The notes beneath the pieces were generated by a model. The model saw only the letters and a program-made list of their open reading frames with translations. It did no database searches and was not told the DNA's origin. Below are positions 39,478 through 54,464 of a DNA stretch of 64,000 bases, piece by piece (position 1 is the first letter of the stretch; every line of letters begins with the position of its first letter). The translations under genes were made by a program, and so were the position numbers. Origin of the DNA: Eledone cirrhosa (lineage: Eukaryota); the NCBI GenBank assembly GCA_964016885.1, contig OZ024744.1, forward strand, positions 35,092,001 to 35,156,000, in the 5' to 3' direction.

Positions 39478-39667
39478 GTGGATTGGCAGTATTGGTAGAG
39501 GGTCGGACGCATTGCTTTGACACATAGAGTTATGGCCCTTGCCATTCTGAGTTCAAATCCTGCCGAGGTTAACTTTGCCTTTCATCCTTAAGGGGTCAAT
39601 AAAATAAAATACCAGTAATACACTGGTGAATTGCTGGCCTTGTGCCTAATGTAGAAACAATTATTAT
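39478..39667 (+). mobile_element. Nin/Deu-like SINE
   Basis: Family motifs as at 56866. Confidence 0.8.
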
Positions 39668-40079
39668 TATTTTATAATAATTAATGAATATATAAAAGAA
39701 AATTATTGCAATTGATATAAATGAATATAATTATTGATTTAAATTGTAAAGTGAACTCGTTAACCACACGAATATGCCATAAGATGATAATAATTGACAG
39801 CAACATATAAACTCATAGGAGAAAAGAAGAAGAGGAGGAGGACGGGAAGGGGAGGAGGAGAAGAAGAAGAAGAAGAAATTCTTTATTAGCCACAAGGACC
39901 CCAAAAAGTTGGCAGTAGTGCCAATGACAACAATTGTCAATTTAAACTATAATAAAGTAAGGAATGTGGGACTGCGTCCAGAATATATTTTTTTTATCCC
40001 ATTTGTAAAATAAGTTGGATTACTTTCAATAAATAATGAATGAATGTTACATAATTTATCTACTAAATTTCGTAATTCT

Positions 40080-40437
40080 TGATTAAATATAAATAATATT
40101 GTTGCTTATTTTCAGATTCACTTCTTTAAAATTTTCAAATGTCAACACTTCCGGTTAGCGATCGCTTAAATAAACATTCATATATTTCCGTCAATTTTCT
40201 CCTAATGTAGTTTATATATAATATTGTCTTTTTTTAAATGTATCATGGATTACGTTACTGATTAAATAAGACAGTGTAACACAGTCTTCGTTCAATTTCT
40301 GTGTTTATTGTCAATTATGATTTTATTTGATGTATCATATCTACATATATATATACCTGCGTATAATGTCAAGTATATATAATGCATACTACACACACTA
40401 GCAGAAAACCACGCGACGGGTGGTTTTACTGCTAGTC
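40080..40437 (+). repeat. Dispersed repeat ending in a CTAG-bounded palindrome; second copy inverted at 57913-58200
   Basis: actagcagaaaaccac...gtggttttactgctagt; ~280-bp body shared. Confidence 0.7.
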
Positions 40438-40600
40438 ACTATAAATACTAGTTATAAAAATTTGGTAAAGTACCCCTGGGGATGGAGAAAGTGGACAGAA
40501 TCGCATTTAAAGAATTGAAACTTTACATCTTTCAGAGGTGCTTTTGTCCACATTTTTCCATCTCCAGGTTCTTTTAAAAATATTATTTATAATGATCAGC

Positions 40601-40790
40601 TGGTGGATTGGCAGTATTGGTAGAGGGTCGGACGCCATGCTTTGCAGCAAAGAGTTACGGCCCTTTATGGTCTGGGTTAAAATCCCGCCGAGGTTAACTT
40701 TGCCTTTCATCCTTACAGGGTTGATAAAATAAGTACCAGTAATACACTGGGAGAATTGCTGGCCTTGTGTCAATAGTAAAAACAATTATA
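40601..40790 (+). mobile_element. Nin/Deu-like SINE
   Basis: Family motifs. Confidence 0.8.
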
Positions 40791-40861
40791 GTTATCTGCA
40801 TTAAGACAGCAGCCTGTCATATTTCCTAAATGCGTTTTAAGTCAACTGCATATTTACACTT

Positions 40862-41215
40862 ATCATCATCATTATCTTCTTCACTGTTTTACGTTTATTT
40901 TCCATACTAGCATGGGTTAGACACGTAATCCCATTTTAAGATTTGACAGGTTAGGTGACCATGCTTTCTTCATTTGTTCTAATTTGATATGGATTCTATG
41001 GCTGGATGCCCTTCAGAATGCCAACTACTTTACAGAATGTACTGGGTACATTTTACTGTGGCACCAGCACTATCACTCTACAGGATGAACCAGGAGCTTT
41101 TTATCATGGCACCAGCACTCTCATTTCTAAGAGTGGACAGGGTGCTTTTTATCATGGCACCAGCACTGCCACTTCACAGAGTGGACTAGGTGCATTTTAT
41201 GGAAGCACCAACAAT
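40862..41215 (-). mobile_element. Diverged RTE/SINE 3' module with four array units
   Basis: Tail hairpin, ggatgcccttc motif, repeated gtgctggtgccatgataaaaagcacc (minus). Confidence 0.65.
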
Positions 41216-41929
41216 ATAACCATAACTGTTGGTGTGTTAACTAGTCTGGATAAAAGATGGCCTGAATCTACTAAGGTTGTCTCTATTGAACAGCTTTAAT
41301 TTATGCACGCTCATATTGCATACATTTCCAGTTCAACATCGATAAATATGCAGTCACAGACAAGAATACTTTGAGTGATTGGGGATTACATTCAGACTGA
41401 CCATATTTTTAATGAAATACACTGTATTTCACTTAATTAATGAAGAATTTTAAGGGATTTACAAAGATTATTATTTCATTATTAAAATGATATTTATAAC
41501 ATAACAACAATAATTTCCATATCTAATTGAAGACATTTTTTTAATATAATAAGAACCCTTTAAAATAGGTGGGTTTGTTTTACAGAACCAGAAGTGGTTT
41601 GAAGCTGGTTGGTAGCAAAAGGGTTAACCTGTGCTATAGACTGCAATTATATAGATAAGTTTCATTGGTACCTAAGAACAGTGACAGAACATGGATGCTA
41701 AGCCCTAATGATGCATTCATTTCTTACTCCTTATAATCAGATATCTATTGAAGCGTAAGCAGTATGTAACTACAATTATGATAAAGACAAGGCTCTAAAA
41801 ACCTTCATACCTAAGTACAAACCACAACTCCCTACAGACAACTGACGCTGTACACCAGGTCCGAACACGGAAGAGCTGAACTCCCACTGTCATCGCCTCT
41901 ATCTCTCTCGCCCTCCCCATCTCTCAGTA

Positions 41930-42062
41930 TTATGAGCAAATGGGGTCGCACATTCTGGCTGCCCCACGGCCCCGGCGGACAGAATGGAGAAGGGGTTTCC
42001 TCGGAGGATGGTAAGGGATATGCGCTGGAAGAGCTATTCCATCTCGCAGGGCTCATACCTGC
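41930..42062 (-). mobile_element. CRE-like 3' fragment (not in ORF track)
   Basis: Minus-strand EME*LFQRISLTILRGNPFSILS matches WLFQRTSLAITRGNAASVL at 63660-63730. Confidence 0.7.
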
Positions 42063-42120
42063 GGTGGTGGTAGTAGTAGTAGTGGTGGTAGTGGTAATAG
42101 TAGTGGTGGTAGTGGTCGTA

Positions 42121-43147
42121 GTAGTAGTAGGAGGAGGAGATTTTAGACAAACTCTCCCAGTCATTCCAAAAGGCAATAGGATTGATCAAATCAGAGCCTG
42201 TTTGAAAAAAATGGACACTTTGGACTTCTATAAAAGTTTTGAAGCTCACTATAAACCTGAGGGCATATCTTGGTGGAGACAAACAATCAGAGCAGTTCAC
42301 CCAGAATCTATTAATGCTTGGGGACAGAAAACTTCTTGAAGATAATTAGGGAGTTATTGATATAAGTCCCATAGGCACGATGGTCGAATCATTATTCCAT
42401 CTCATAGAAAAAGTATTCCCTAATCTTGAATATCAGTTCACAAGCCACAAGTGGCTCAGTGAAAGGGCAATATTGGTTCCCCAAAAATGTGACCGTGAAA
42501 TTGGTAAATCAAAAGAAGTTAAAAAAAAATTCAAAAGGTTTCGAGGCTCTATCAGTCTGTCGACACTGTGGTGGAACAGTTGGAAGCTGTCAATTACGCG
42601 ACAAAGTTTCTCAACTCTTTAGAACCACCAGGAATGCCTTCACATGTCCTTCACCTTAAAGAAGGAGCGTCCATCATGTTATTGAGGAATTTGGACCCAT
42701 CAAGGCTATGCAACGACACTCAATTGGTTGTGAAAAATACGTATCAACACGTGATTCAAGCCAACATTTCGACAGAATGTGGTAGAGGAGAGGATGTGTT
42801 CTTTCCAAGAATTCCTCTTATTCTGATGTGCCATTTCAATTCAAACGACTTCAATATCCAGTGAGTCTTAGTTTCGCCATGATAATCAACAAATCACAAG
42901 GACAAACATTTTTGGTTTACACGTTGAAGAGCTCTCACTAATGTTCAAGAGTAGAAAGTCAGACAAATCTTTACAGCTATGTACCAGAAACATTGTTTAT
43001 ACAAATATTACAAGTTGACCCAATTAGTAAAGAAATCCGTTCTCATCGAGGGGACTATCCTTCAGGGAAGGCATGGAATAAAACAGAAATTGAAATAAAG
43101 GCCTACTATTGTGATTATTGCCCAGCAATGACAGGCTACTCAGCTAG
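42121..43147 (+). mobile_element. Helitron, decayed Pif1-like helicase C-terminus and 3' end
   Basis: GGDFRQTLPVI, WLSERAIL, PPGMPSHVLHLKEG-IMLLRNL, FAMIINKSQGQT; terminal hairpin remnant then CTAG|T. Confidence 0.85.
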
Positions 43148-43156
43148 TATATATAT

Positions 43157-43253
43157 AAAATACGTAGTTTAGAAAGCCACAACAATGCAGATGGGAAATC
43201 TCGAGGTAGGAAGTGAGAGAGAAATTGTTGTGGCTTTCTAAACTACGTATTTT
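43157..43253. repeat. Inverted repeat, ~30-bp arms
   Basis: aaaatacgtagtttagaaagccacaacaat / attgttgtggctttctaaactacgtatttt. Confidence 0.85.
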
Positions 43254-43297
43254 ACATATTTCATAATGCTTCAAGCAAACTTAAACACCCTCTTATC

Positions 43298-43329
<32 letters not shown>

Positions 43330-43444
43330 ATTGAAATTTCCGTTGAAAACAGAAAAGGTCATAGAAGTGAAGAGTGCTCTATGTAAGTATCAGAGCAAAA
43401 TTTAATGTATACAATATAATTACTTCATTTAATCAATACAATAT

Positions 43445-43518
43445 AATTACCTCATTACCAGAGGTTTCCCGAATGAGGCGAATACGAAAGAAACGTCTTC
43501 ATTCGTTCGTCAGACGAG
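43445..43518 (-). ncRNA. HHR-like motif
   Basis: CTGACGA-a-cgaatga...tcattcg-g-GAAA-cctc tggtaat gagg-TA; stem I weak. Confidence 0.5.
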
Positions 43519-44241
43519 GCAATATAAAACATGGGTAAATACTTGGAAAGTCTCATCAAGAAAAGCAAAAAAACAAAAAAACAAAAAAGATATAGACAAA
43601 TGAATTAGAATATGAAATATATAATAATCTTTCAAGAAAAATAGTTAGGTGTGTGTATATGTATGTATATACGCTCACAGATGTGCATATATGTGTATGC
43701 ACATATGTATACGTATAGTGAAAAAGTGTGCGTAAATATATAATTTAGGGCAAATGTATCTGTATGTCTGTAATCTACAGACAGAATAGATACATCATAA
43801 GAATATGAAGGCACGCACATAAACACACCTACACACACATACACTTAGATGCGGAAGTAAAAGAGGTAAGGGAGTGTAATAATTAAAGGAAAGTATCAAT
43901 CTCGATATATTTATAAAAATGGAACAATAATTTAGAATAAATTAAAGAAAAGAAGACAAAAAAGGTACATACATATACACACACGTATAAGGTACATACA
44001 TATACACACACATAAGAAACGCAAAAATATACATGCTTATATATACACGCACACTTACACATCCATACGTTCGATACGTACACACACACGCACACACACA
44101 CACATACTTACACTCACGCATATTGACCTGTTTGCATGCACACGCATAAAAATGAGTAAGTAAAAAAAGGGGGGAAGAAAAAAGGAACAAAACATAAAAC
44201 CTAGATGTAAAAACACGGATATAAAGACACATACACATACG

Positions 44242-44288
<47 letters not shown>

Positions 44289-44439
44289 GCGCGCGCACAT
44301 ACGTAGTCGCTCATGTACATATATAGAAGGTATACACACATTAAGGCGTGCGTTCAGCCACATTGATACAGGGTGTAAAAAACTTGTGGATAAGTAAGTA
44401 CAAATATAAAATTATAAAATTGTAAGATTGGCTGCGCAA

Positions 44440-45664
<1,225 letters not shown>

Positions 45665-45668
45665 CTGT

Positions 45669-45734
<66 letters not shown>

Positions 45735-45929
45735 CGTTTCTGAATTTGTTTAGCAAGATTCTTTATCTGAAAACCGATATATGTTATACTTTGGGAGGGT
45801 CATGTTGCCAATAAGAAACACACGCACCAGTTGCTTTCACTTCAATTTATTATAATAAATTTATAAATTTAGGAATTTATAAATTTCCGGTTGGTTGGTT
45901 GGTTCCACAACCAGATGGTTGTTTATATA

Positions 45930-45975
45930 TTGTCAAAGTTCTTTCGTCACACATTCTGTGACCTCTCCAGTGACT
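45930..45975 (-). ncRNA. Minimal HHR-like motif, same family as 823-865
   Basis: gtca-CTGGAGA-g-gtcac agaatgt gtgac-GAAA-gaac-TT-tgac. Confidence 0.55.
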
Positions 45976-46059
45976 GGGGATTCTTTTCTTTGTTTTTGTG
46001 CCTCTCCTTTGTTCTGTCCTACGCCATCTTGTTTTCAAGTCACTGGAGAGGTCACTGGA

Positions 46060-46197
46060 GAGTCCAGAATTAGCCGTCGAAACGGCTTGAGCTCAGCCGT
46101 CGGGGTCCTACTCGTTCCTATTACCCACTCTACTACCCTAAGTATTGAGTACTTTGGTGCGTTATGGTCCACCTGGTTCCTTACCACATTTCCTTCG

Positions 46198-46200
<3 letters not shown>
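46060..46200 (+). mobile_element. Young TA-inserted mini-element with HHR 3' half (family also at 48721-48916, 52311-52328, 53101-53282)
   Basis: GAAAC-ggc ttgagctca gcc-GTC-gggg; copies nearly identical. Confidence 0.65.
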
Positions 46201-46244
<44 letters not shown>

Positions 46245-46690
46245 CTAGCTGAATTACCCGGCGTTGCCCGGGTTAAGCTGTTCTTATTCAGATTAGTAAA
46301 CAATAAATATGAATATATGTTTTTTTTTCTCATAATTATTTCAAAATATCTATATTTTATTTTTAAAATATCAAAATTGTAATGATAATAGAATTTAGAA
46401 ATGAAAATCTGTCAATCTTAAAGTGCCTTATGTGTAGATGTGTGTGTGTATTTAATAATGTACCTAATGACCGTGCAAACACACACACACTCAGACATAC
46501 ATATTCATATACAAAATGTGCCATCCTATTGTTTTAATCCAAATGAAAATAAAAATCATCACACATACAATCACACATACATAGACTCACACACACACTC
46601 TCACATACATATACTAAGACACACACACATAGACATACATTCACGCACACCTGTCTGTCATCACATATGTATCTGTATATGTAGATATAT
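46245..46690 (-). mobile_element. Non-autonomous Helitron-like 3' end
   Basis: Minus: cccgg gcaacg ccggg taattcagCTAG|T hairpin plus CTAG; 5' extent uncertain. Confidence 0.6.
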
Positions 46691-46698
46691 ATCTATGA

Positions 46699-47017
46699 AT
46701 GAAAGGATCACCAAGGTTTAACACATTAAAACATTATTTATTTGATTTACATATGTTTCATTCTACTACAAAGGACATGGCATTTAATACCTTTGTAGAG
46801 AACTCAGCAAAATCAATTATATAAGCAAAGATTTGAAAAATCTTCACGGATGGAGACTTAGGAACACGTTTGGTAAATAAATGCCTCTTCTATATATATA
46901 ATTGAATCTGCTGAGTTCTCTACAAAGGTATTAAATGCCATATCCTTTGTAGTAGAATGAAACATGTAAATCAAATAACTAATGTACTAATATGTGAAAC
47001 CTTGGTGATCTTTTCAT
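46699..47017. repeat. Long inverted repeat, ~125-bp arms
   Basis: atgaaaggatcaccaagg...gagaactcagca / tgctgagttctc...ccttggtgatcttttcat. Confidence 0.85.
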
Positions 47018-47186
47018 TTTGTATATATGTTCGGTGATTTTCAAATCTGGGATGACTGGAAATCTACAAATTGGATTTATCTCTGAACTATCTTTTGCCA
47101 ATCTGGATATTGACAAAATCACATTAGAGCTTTAAATATCTGAATGTCTTATACTGTTCTATTATCAATGCATATAATTTACCTTA

Positions 47187-47272
47187 TACATGTAAAATTC
47201 CATTATAACGAAAACCATTATAACAAATTATTTTATAACCCGTGAATTTCGTTATAACAGAATTTTACTGTA
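47187..47272. mobile_element. Pogo/Tigger-like MITE remnant
   Basis: taca(t)gtaaaattc-attataacgaaa / tttcgttataacagaattttactgta. Confidence 0.55.
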
Positions 47273-47280
47273 TACATACA

Positions 47281-47416
<136 letters not shown>

Positions 47417-47434
47417 TATACACACACACATATA

Positions 47435-47701
47435 TGTAGGCACCTCTTAACCCAACATGACAAAAATCACCCACTCCACACTGTAAAGTGGTCGTGTAGG
47501 AGACACAGTAAAAAGGCTCCCAGTCCACACTGTAAACATGGTTGGTGTTAGGAAGGGCATCCAGCCGTAGAAAAACATGCCAGAGACACTTCCGTACAAG
47601 CGAGGCACAGTCTCCCGACTATTCCCGCATCAAATGGAACAAAACTGCCTAACCCATGCTAGCATGGAGGATGGACGTTAAACGATGACGATGATGATGA
47701 T
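47435..47701 (+). mobile_element. RTE/SINE 3' module
   Basis: Array, aggaagggcatccagccgtagaaa, tail. Confidence 0.75.
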
Positions 47702-47751
47702 ATCTGTGTATATGTATATATATATATATATGTGTGTGTGTGTATATATAT

Positions 47752-48120
47752 ATATGAATGCATTTATAGTATATTTGGTAATATACTTTATGCGTAATTA
47801 AACACATTTTGAAGACCATACGCTATCAGTTTTAAAGTAGTTACTATGTCACTTCTTTTCTTCGGTGAAAGAAGGGAGAGAAGCTGACAAACAGTCTGTT
47901 TCCCGCTGTTGGCGATCATCAGATCAACGTACTCCTCGCTTTCGTCGAAGAATATAGAAGCTGGATTCTTATAGAATTCCAGTAATAATCAGGAGCTGAT
48001 TATACAGAGCGATTGCCGGTCCAGCAAAAATTAGGTATTAGGATTGGTGCTCTGAAATAGTGAGGTATATATTATCCATGAATATATGTAATATACTATA
48101 TATTAAAAACATTTTGAAGA

Positions 48121-48125
<5 letters not shown>
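47752..48125 (-). mobile_element. Diverged member of the 37.2-kb retrozyme-like family with canonical HHR core (47858-47952)
   Basis: CTGATGA-tcgc caaca gcgg-GAAA-cagactgtttg-TC; distal stem ttcttcgacgaaag/ctttcaccgaagaa; acattttgaagaccata repeated ~306 bp apart. Confidence 0.7.
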
Positions 48126-48164
<39 letters not shown>

Positions 48165-48169
48165 TTATT

Positions 48170-48357
48170 TATTTATTAAAATAACAGATTAAAGTTTAAG
48201 CAAAGAATCGCTGCTTTCACCCTTAACGGGATCTTCTGAAACTAATAAAGTCAATCTGTTATTTTAATAAATATTTGCTCTACGGTTCTTATATATTTGA
48301 TATATATTTATCCTTATCGAGCCCTCTTTGGATTTTAGTCTTCAAATTTATTATTAT

Positions 48358-48360
<3 letters not shown>
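48170..48360. mobile_element. Second fold-back copy of the 14150-14370 family
   Basis: Near-identical sequence with different inversion geometry. Confidence 0.7.
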
Positions 48361-48427
<67 letters not shown>

Positions 48428-48601
48428 AGAACAATAATATATAAGAACAAAAGATGGTTAAAAGAGTTCCATGTATTTTATTATGCTCTTTTAACCATCT
48501 TTTGTTCTTATATATTATGTATACTCCAGTCCTACAAATTGTAGAGTGCTTCTTATCCGATATCTGCATTGCTTTATTGTACTACAATAAAACTCACCTC
48601 C

Positions 48602-48983
<382 letters not shown>

Positions 48984-49053
48984 TTACAATATATATAATA
49001 TATTACCATTAAAGGTTTTATTGCATACATAACCATAAATAGTACCCTTAATA

Positions 49054-49115
<62 letters not shown>

Positions 49116-49157
49116 CATACGTGTGTGTGAATGTGCGAGTGCATTCGTACGTATGTA

Positions 49158-49268
<111 letters not shown>

Positions 49269-50039
49269 TCGAAGAATAAAAATAGAATATCCATCCAATA
49301 TTCAGATTTTGCACGACAGGAAGCAAGTCAAACAACATAAAAGTAAAGATAAAAAATATATAGAAGAGAATAGATGAAGGAAAGAAAAAGTGAACGCATG
49401 AAAAAGAAAAGAAATCAACATTATGCGTGGGATATGACCTGTTGGTGTTTTTTAGCCCCAGGTCAACTTTGATGGAACAGAACTATGATGAAATGCATTC
49501 GTGCCGTTACCGTCCCATCTTTTACTTATGTGTACGTGAACCAGGATAAGATTATCCAACCAGCTACGTATTAAATAGATAGCCGGGCTCCTAATCATTA
49601 GGGTATTTCGAGGGCCCTCTGGAGCTTTAATCTTTCACACCACCACCACCATCACCGCCACACTAGAGAAAAAAAAATTACGGTCCATTAGGCTTCTGCT
49701 TTATCATATTCCAGTGTGTCCTTAATTTTCAGTAGAGTGGAGAGAATTGGGTTCTGTCGGGTTTTGAAAATGCTCCCAAAACGCCGTATGTCAAAACGCT
49801 GCCCTTACGACTCCATCGGGAGTTACGGGGCCATGTATGTCAGGCAGTGTGATTTGAGTGATATATGTCTGCTATTTCTAATAGGTAGAGTGACCACGCA
49901 GGGGCTCATACACGATATGTGCAGTGGAAGATTATATTGTAATAAGATGGGGGGGGGGGGATATAATGAAAAGGAGAATGGAGTAAAGACGGAGATGCAA
50001 CAGAGAATATCTAATACAGAAATAAAGAAAGACAAGTGA

Positions 50040-50570
50040 GAAATGAGAAATAGACGTGTGAGAGAGAGAGAAAGAGAGAGAGGGGGAGGGGGAGAAAACG
50101 AGAACGCAAAAAAGAGACAGGACGAAAATGAAAGAGAACGAAGGAGGGGGGGGGGAGAGAAAGAGAGAACGAAAGCGAGAAAGCGTGAAATGGAGAGAAT
50201 GTAAAAAAAGAAAAACAACAAAAAAGGAAAGATAGAAATATAATAAATGTTGTGGGTGACGGACAACACAAATGAAAGAGAGGTAGAAGATGTGAAAAGG
50301 AAGTGATAGGGAGATGATGTAAATGAAGAGAAGATAGATAGATGAGAGAAAAGAAGAAAAGAATGGGGAGGAGAAGAAAAATATGAGGATGAAGAGATGG
50401 ATGAGAGAAAAGAAGAAGGAGGGGAGAAGGGGAAGAGAAGAAAAGGGAAGGGAGGAGGGGAGAAGAAGAAAGATGAGGATGAGGAGAAAAGGGAGAAGAA
50501 GGAAGATGAGGAGGAGGAAAAAAGAGAAAAAAGAAAAGGAGACAAAATATAAAAAAAGAATGAAAGCGTA
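50040..50570. repeat. Purine-rich low-complexity tract
   Basis: GA-rich sequence; ORFs over it are compositional artefacts. Confidence 0.85.
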
Positions 50571-51114
50571 ACAGGTAAAACCAAAATAAAGCAAATAAAA
50601 ATACCCAAAGTGATAATTAACAACAACAACAGCGACGACGACGATCATCTAATAATCGATAATTATTTTCGAAGTTAGCGTGACGTCATTGGCATAAATT
50701 ATAATAAATTATTATAAGATCTCGCAAACTGTATATAGCAAACTGACAACAACACAGTCCTTTCTTATCGTTCCTGCTTTAAAGAGAGCCATCAAACAAC
50801 GGCCTCCCCCAAAATACCACATCATTTATTTATATTGTATATATATAAATACAGTCAGTCAGTCAACCAATTAAGCAACTAGTCAGCCATCGAAAATACA
50901 GGTGAATATAACATTTGTTTTCTTTCTGGCTGAGGAAAAGAGATAACATATGATCTTTGTGGTGTCACATTGTACATAGCGTCACGGTGGAGTGTTGTTG
51001 GTGATGATTGTGAAGAGGGTTATTTCGTTGTTATTGTTTTTGTTGTTAATGTTTCCTAATGATGCTTGGATACTGTGTTTTAATATACGTACTTACATAA
51101 TCTCTTTCTTTCTT

Positions 51115-51240
<126 letters not shown>

Positions 51241-51412
51241 TGTGTGTGTACGTACGTACGTATGTATAGATTTAGTTGTACGCGCGCTATGAAAACGAAA
51301 GTGAAAGTGAAAGAAAGTGTGTGTGTATGTGTGTGTGTAAGAATAATAATCAATAAGAGATTTTGTGATATACACATACGCACACATATATATATATAAT
51401 ATATGTGTGTAA

Positions 51413-51459
<47 letters not shown>

Positions 51460-51801
51460 CACACACGTGTGTGTGTATGCATGTATGTATATATATCTGC
51501 ATGTGTATCAACCTGTTTGCCTATCCATTTCTGAATCTTTTGGTGTCACTAATCCTCTGACATTTTAATGTATTACTACAAATATGTATTTATTAAGCAG
51601 CCGCTACTGTATATCAATTTTACAGAAAGTCTGAGTCTGTCAGCGATTGATTTTCATGCACCCCACGCATGTATCCACTCATGTACATGCTTGTGTGTTA
51701 TTTACATGTTTATGGGTCTGTATTGGTATATACATATGTATGTGAGTGCATACATTCTTGTTGTTCCTGGGAATTATATGATACACACACTCACATATAT
51801 A

Positions 51802-52041
<240 letters not shown>

Positions 52042-52123
52042 AAAAGGTAAATAGAAATAACAACACAATCGGTACAGTATATGGAAGGAATATATTAGAC
52101 TAACGCTTGAAATAGCAGGAAAA

Positions 52124-52162
52124 GAGTCTTAACGTTTTGGACGCTAGTCCTTCATCAGAAGA
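52124..52162 (-). ncRNA. Minimal type I HHR with G12A change
   Basis: tctt-CTGATGA-a-ggac tagc gtcc-AAAA-cg-TT-aaga; palindromic AACGTT stem III. Confidence 0.6.
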
Positions 52163-52325
52163 AAGAATGAGAAATCAGATAAATTGAAGGAGCGTGCGGG
52201 GTGGAATTTTAAAAAATGGTTTAGAAAAAACTAATAGGTCCATTCATGTTATATATATACAGAGTGTGCCTCACAGAAAATATATATATATATATTTTTT
52301 TTTATATATATAACGAAGGAAATGT

Positions 52326-52402
<77 letters not shown>

Positions 52403-52700
52403 TGTGTGTAAAGGAGCCAGTTGTCAGAAAGAAGGGATTTTGCCTGAAGCTACGATAAGAATTGCATGTTTCATTCAATTTCACTTTATTGTCCGATTCT
52501 TATTGTCACTTTAATCTACTTTCATTTTATACAACCAAAACGAAACATCCATCAAGCAAAAGCATTAATATTATTAGAGATTCAATTGTCTATATCCCAC
52601 CACCACTTGGCTGGAAACGGAATGGTCTTACGTGTATTGCTTACATCAAGAACATTTCATTTTCCAGTCACATGTCCACACTCATTATAAACATATGGTA

Positions 52701-52914
52701 GGGCGGTGGATTGGCAGTATCGGTAGAGAGTCGGACGCCTTGCTTTGCAGCAAAGAGTTACGGCCTTTTATGATCTGAGTTCAAATCCCGCCGAGGTTAA
52801 CTTTGTCTTTCATCCTTACGGGGTCGATAAATAAAGTACCAGTCACGCACTGGGGTCGATTTAATCAACTTTCCCCTCCCCAAAAATTGCTGGCCTTGTG
52901 CCAATATTAGAAAC
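52701..52914 (+). mobile_element. Nin/Deu-like SINE with target-site duplication
   Basis: cattataaacatatggta flanks both sides (52683-52700 and 52915-52932). Confidence 0.9.
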
Positions 52915-53061
52915 CATTATAAACATATGGTATTCTATTTACAGAGGGCTGAATTTCTGAATTGGGAGGGAAGCAATTACATCAATTTAGTTGTAGTGAT
53001 TAGTTTAGCTTTTTGCATTTTGAAAAACATAATATATTACACTGTTATCAAATATCAACCA

Positions 53062-53100
<39 letters not shown>

Positions 53101-53104
<4 letters not shown>

Positions 53105-53278
53105 AACCAGTAAGACCCCGACGGCTGATTCTGGACTAAAAAGTCCAGAATTAGCCGTCGAAACGGCTTGAGCTCAGCCGTCGGGGTCTTACTGGTTCCT
53201 ATTACCCACTCTACTACCCTAAGTATTGAGTACTTTGGTGCGTTATGGTCCACCTGGTTCCTTACCACATTTCCTTCG

Positions 53279-53282
<4 letters not shown>
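53101..53282 (+). mobile_element. TA-inserted mini-element (46060 family) with 5' inversion
   Basis: 19-bp hairpin cgacggctgattctggact-aaaa-agtccagaattagccgtcg, then GAAAC...GTC. Confidence 0.75.
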
Positions 53283-53329
<47 letters not shown>

Positions 53330-54464
53330 TTCGATATGCGATAAACATAACAACATAACATGTACATAAATTGTAGCGCATATACAACAAATAGATGTGT
53401 TTTGGTAGTTTGGGGAGATAATATATATAATTAATGGATGGAGGGGGGGGGTCAATGCACCCTCCTCCTTCCCTGATTTAGCTGCCTCCGAATTATCGAA
53501 TTATTAGGTTATTCTGTTTTCTTACACCAAACACCGTGTCAAATATAATTGAGTAGATCTATGATCATAGATTTTCTACCCGCGGTCATTCCGTGTCCGT
53601 TGTATAATTGCAATATCAAATGTGACTGACTTTTTTTTTATTATTATTTCTTTTTTTACTACGGCATTTGAGAAGACGTGGTTGTTATTTTTAACATATT
53701 GATCGACCACATAGAGGCACCTTCAAATTCTCGTGGTTGGGTTAAGTTATCTGTTCGAACATGACAGCTGTTGCTCCACTGCATTTATTATTGATACTCA
53801 GTGCTGGATTAAGTTGTTATTTTGATACTCCAAACACTTGATTATGTTCCCTACCACCCCATATAAAAAGTCTGAAATTTATTTTATTTTTATTTATTCA
53901 TTTATTTATTTTGTGGCATGGATGAGAAATACGATTAATTTTAATATATACATATATATGGTGACTTCCCCCTCGTTATCGAGTATGGCCATTGCACGAT
54001 ATACCATTATTAAAATTATTAATTAATTCTATCGTGCAATGCCTGTGCGTGAAGATATTTTTTAAAGTGAGGAAAGACTGTGCACTGAGCTAATCCCACT
54101 CTCTGAGAGACAGTAGCTATAACCCGAAAAGAAGAAAAGATCAACATCATCGGTAACTACAGAGCCGCAGGTTTTATGTCGGAGTTATCCCAGTTTCCTG
54201 AGTTACCTTCTCCTAGAAGAATGCCCTGACAAAGACTAGGGATCCTTCACTCCCAGTGGTTTAACCGCACGATCGGGTGTCCAGCCCGACTATTTCTATA
54301 TCCCCGCGCATATACATACATATGTACATGTCTTTATACATATTTACACACTTTTGGATGGCCGTTGACTCTTATGAGTTCTTCTGCCCTTTGTCAGGTT
54401 TTGTTTTTTTGTCCTGCAGGGTGTCCAAAATCACCCTCCTCACCAAGAAAACTTGGTGGGGTTG

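Noticed and set aside
49716-50039. 107-aa ORF as a host exon
   Set aside because: No recognisable domain or convincing splice structure
50675-50695. TGACGTCA cAMP response element or promoter
   Set aside because: A single 8-mer is expected by chance in 64 kb and no associated exon is visible
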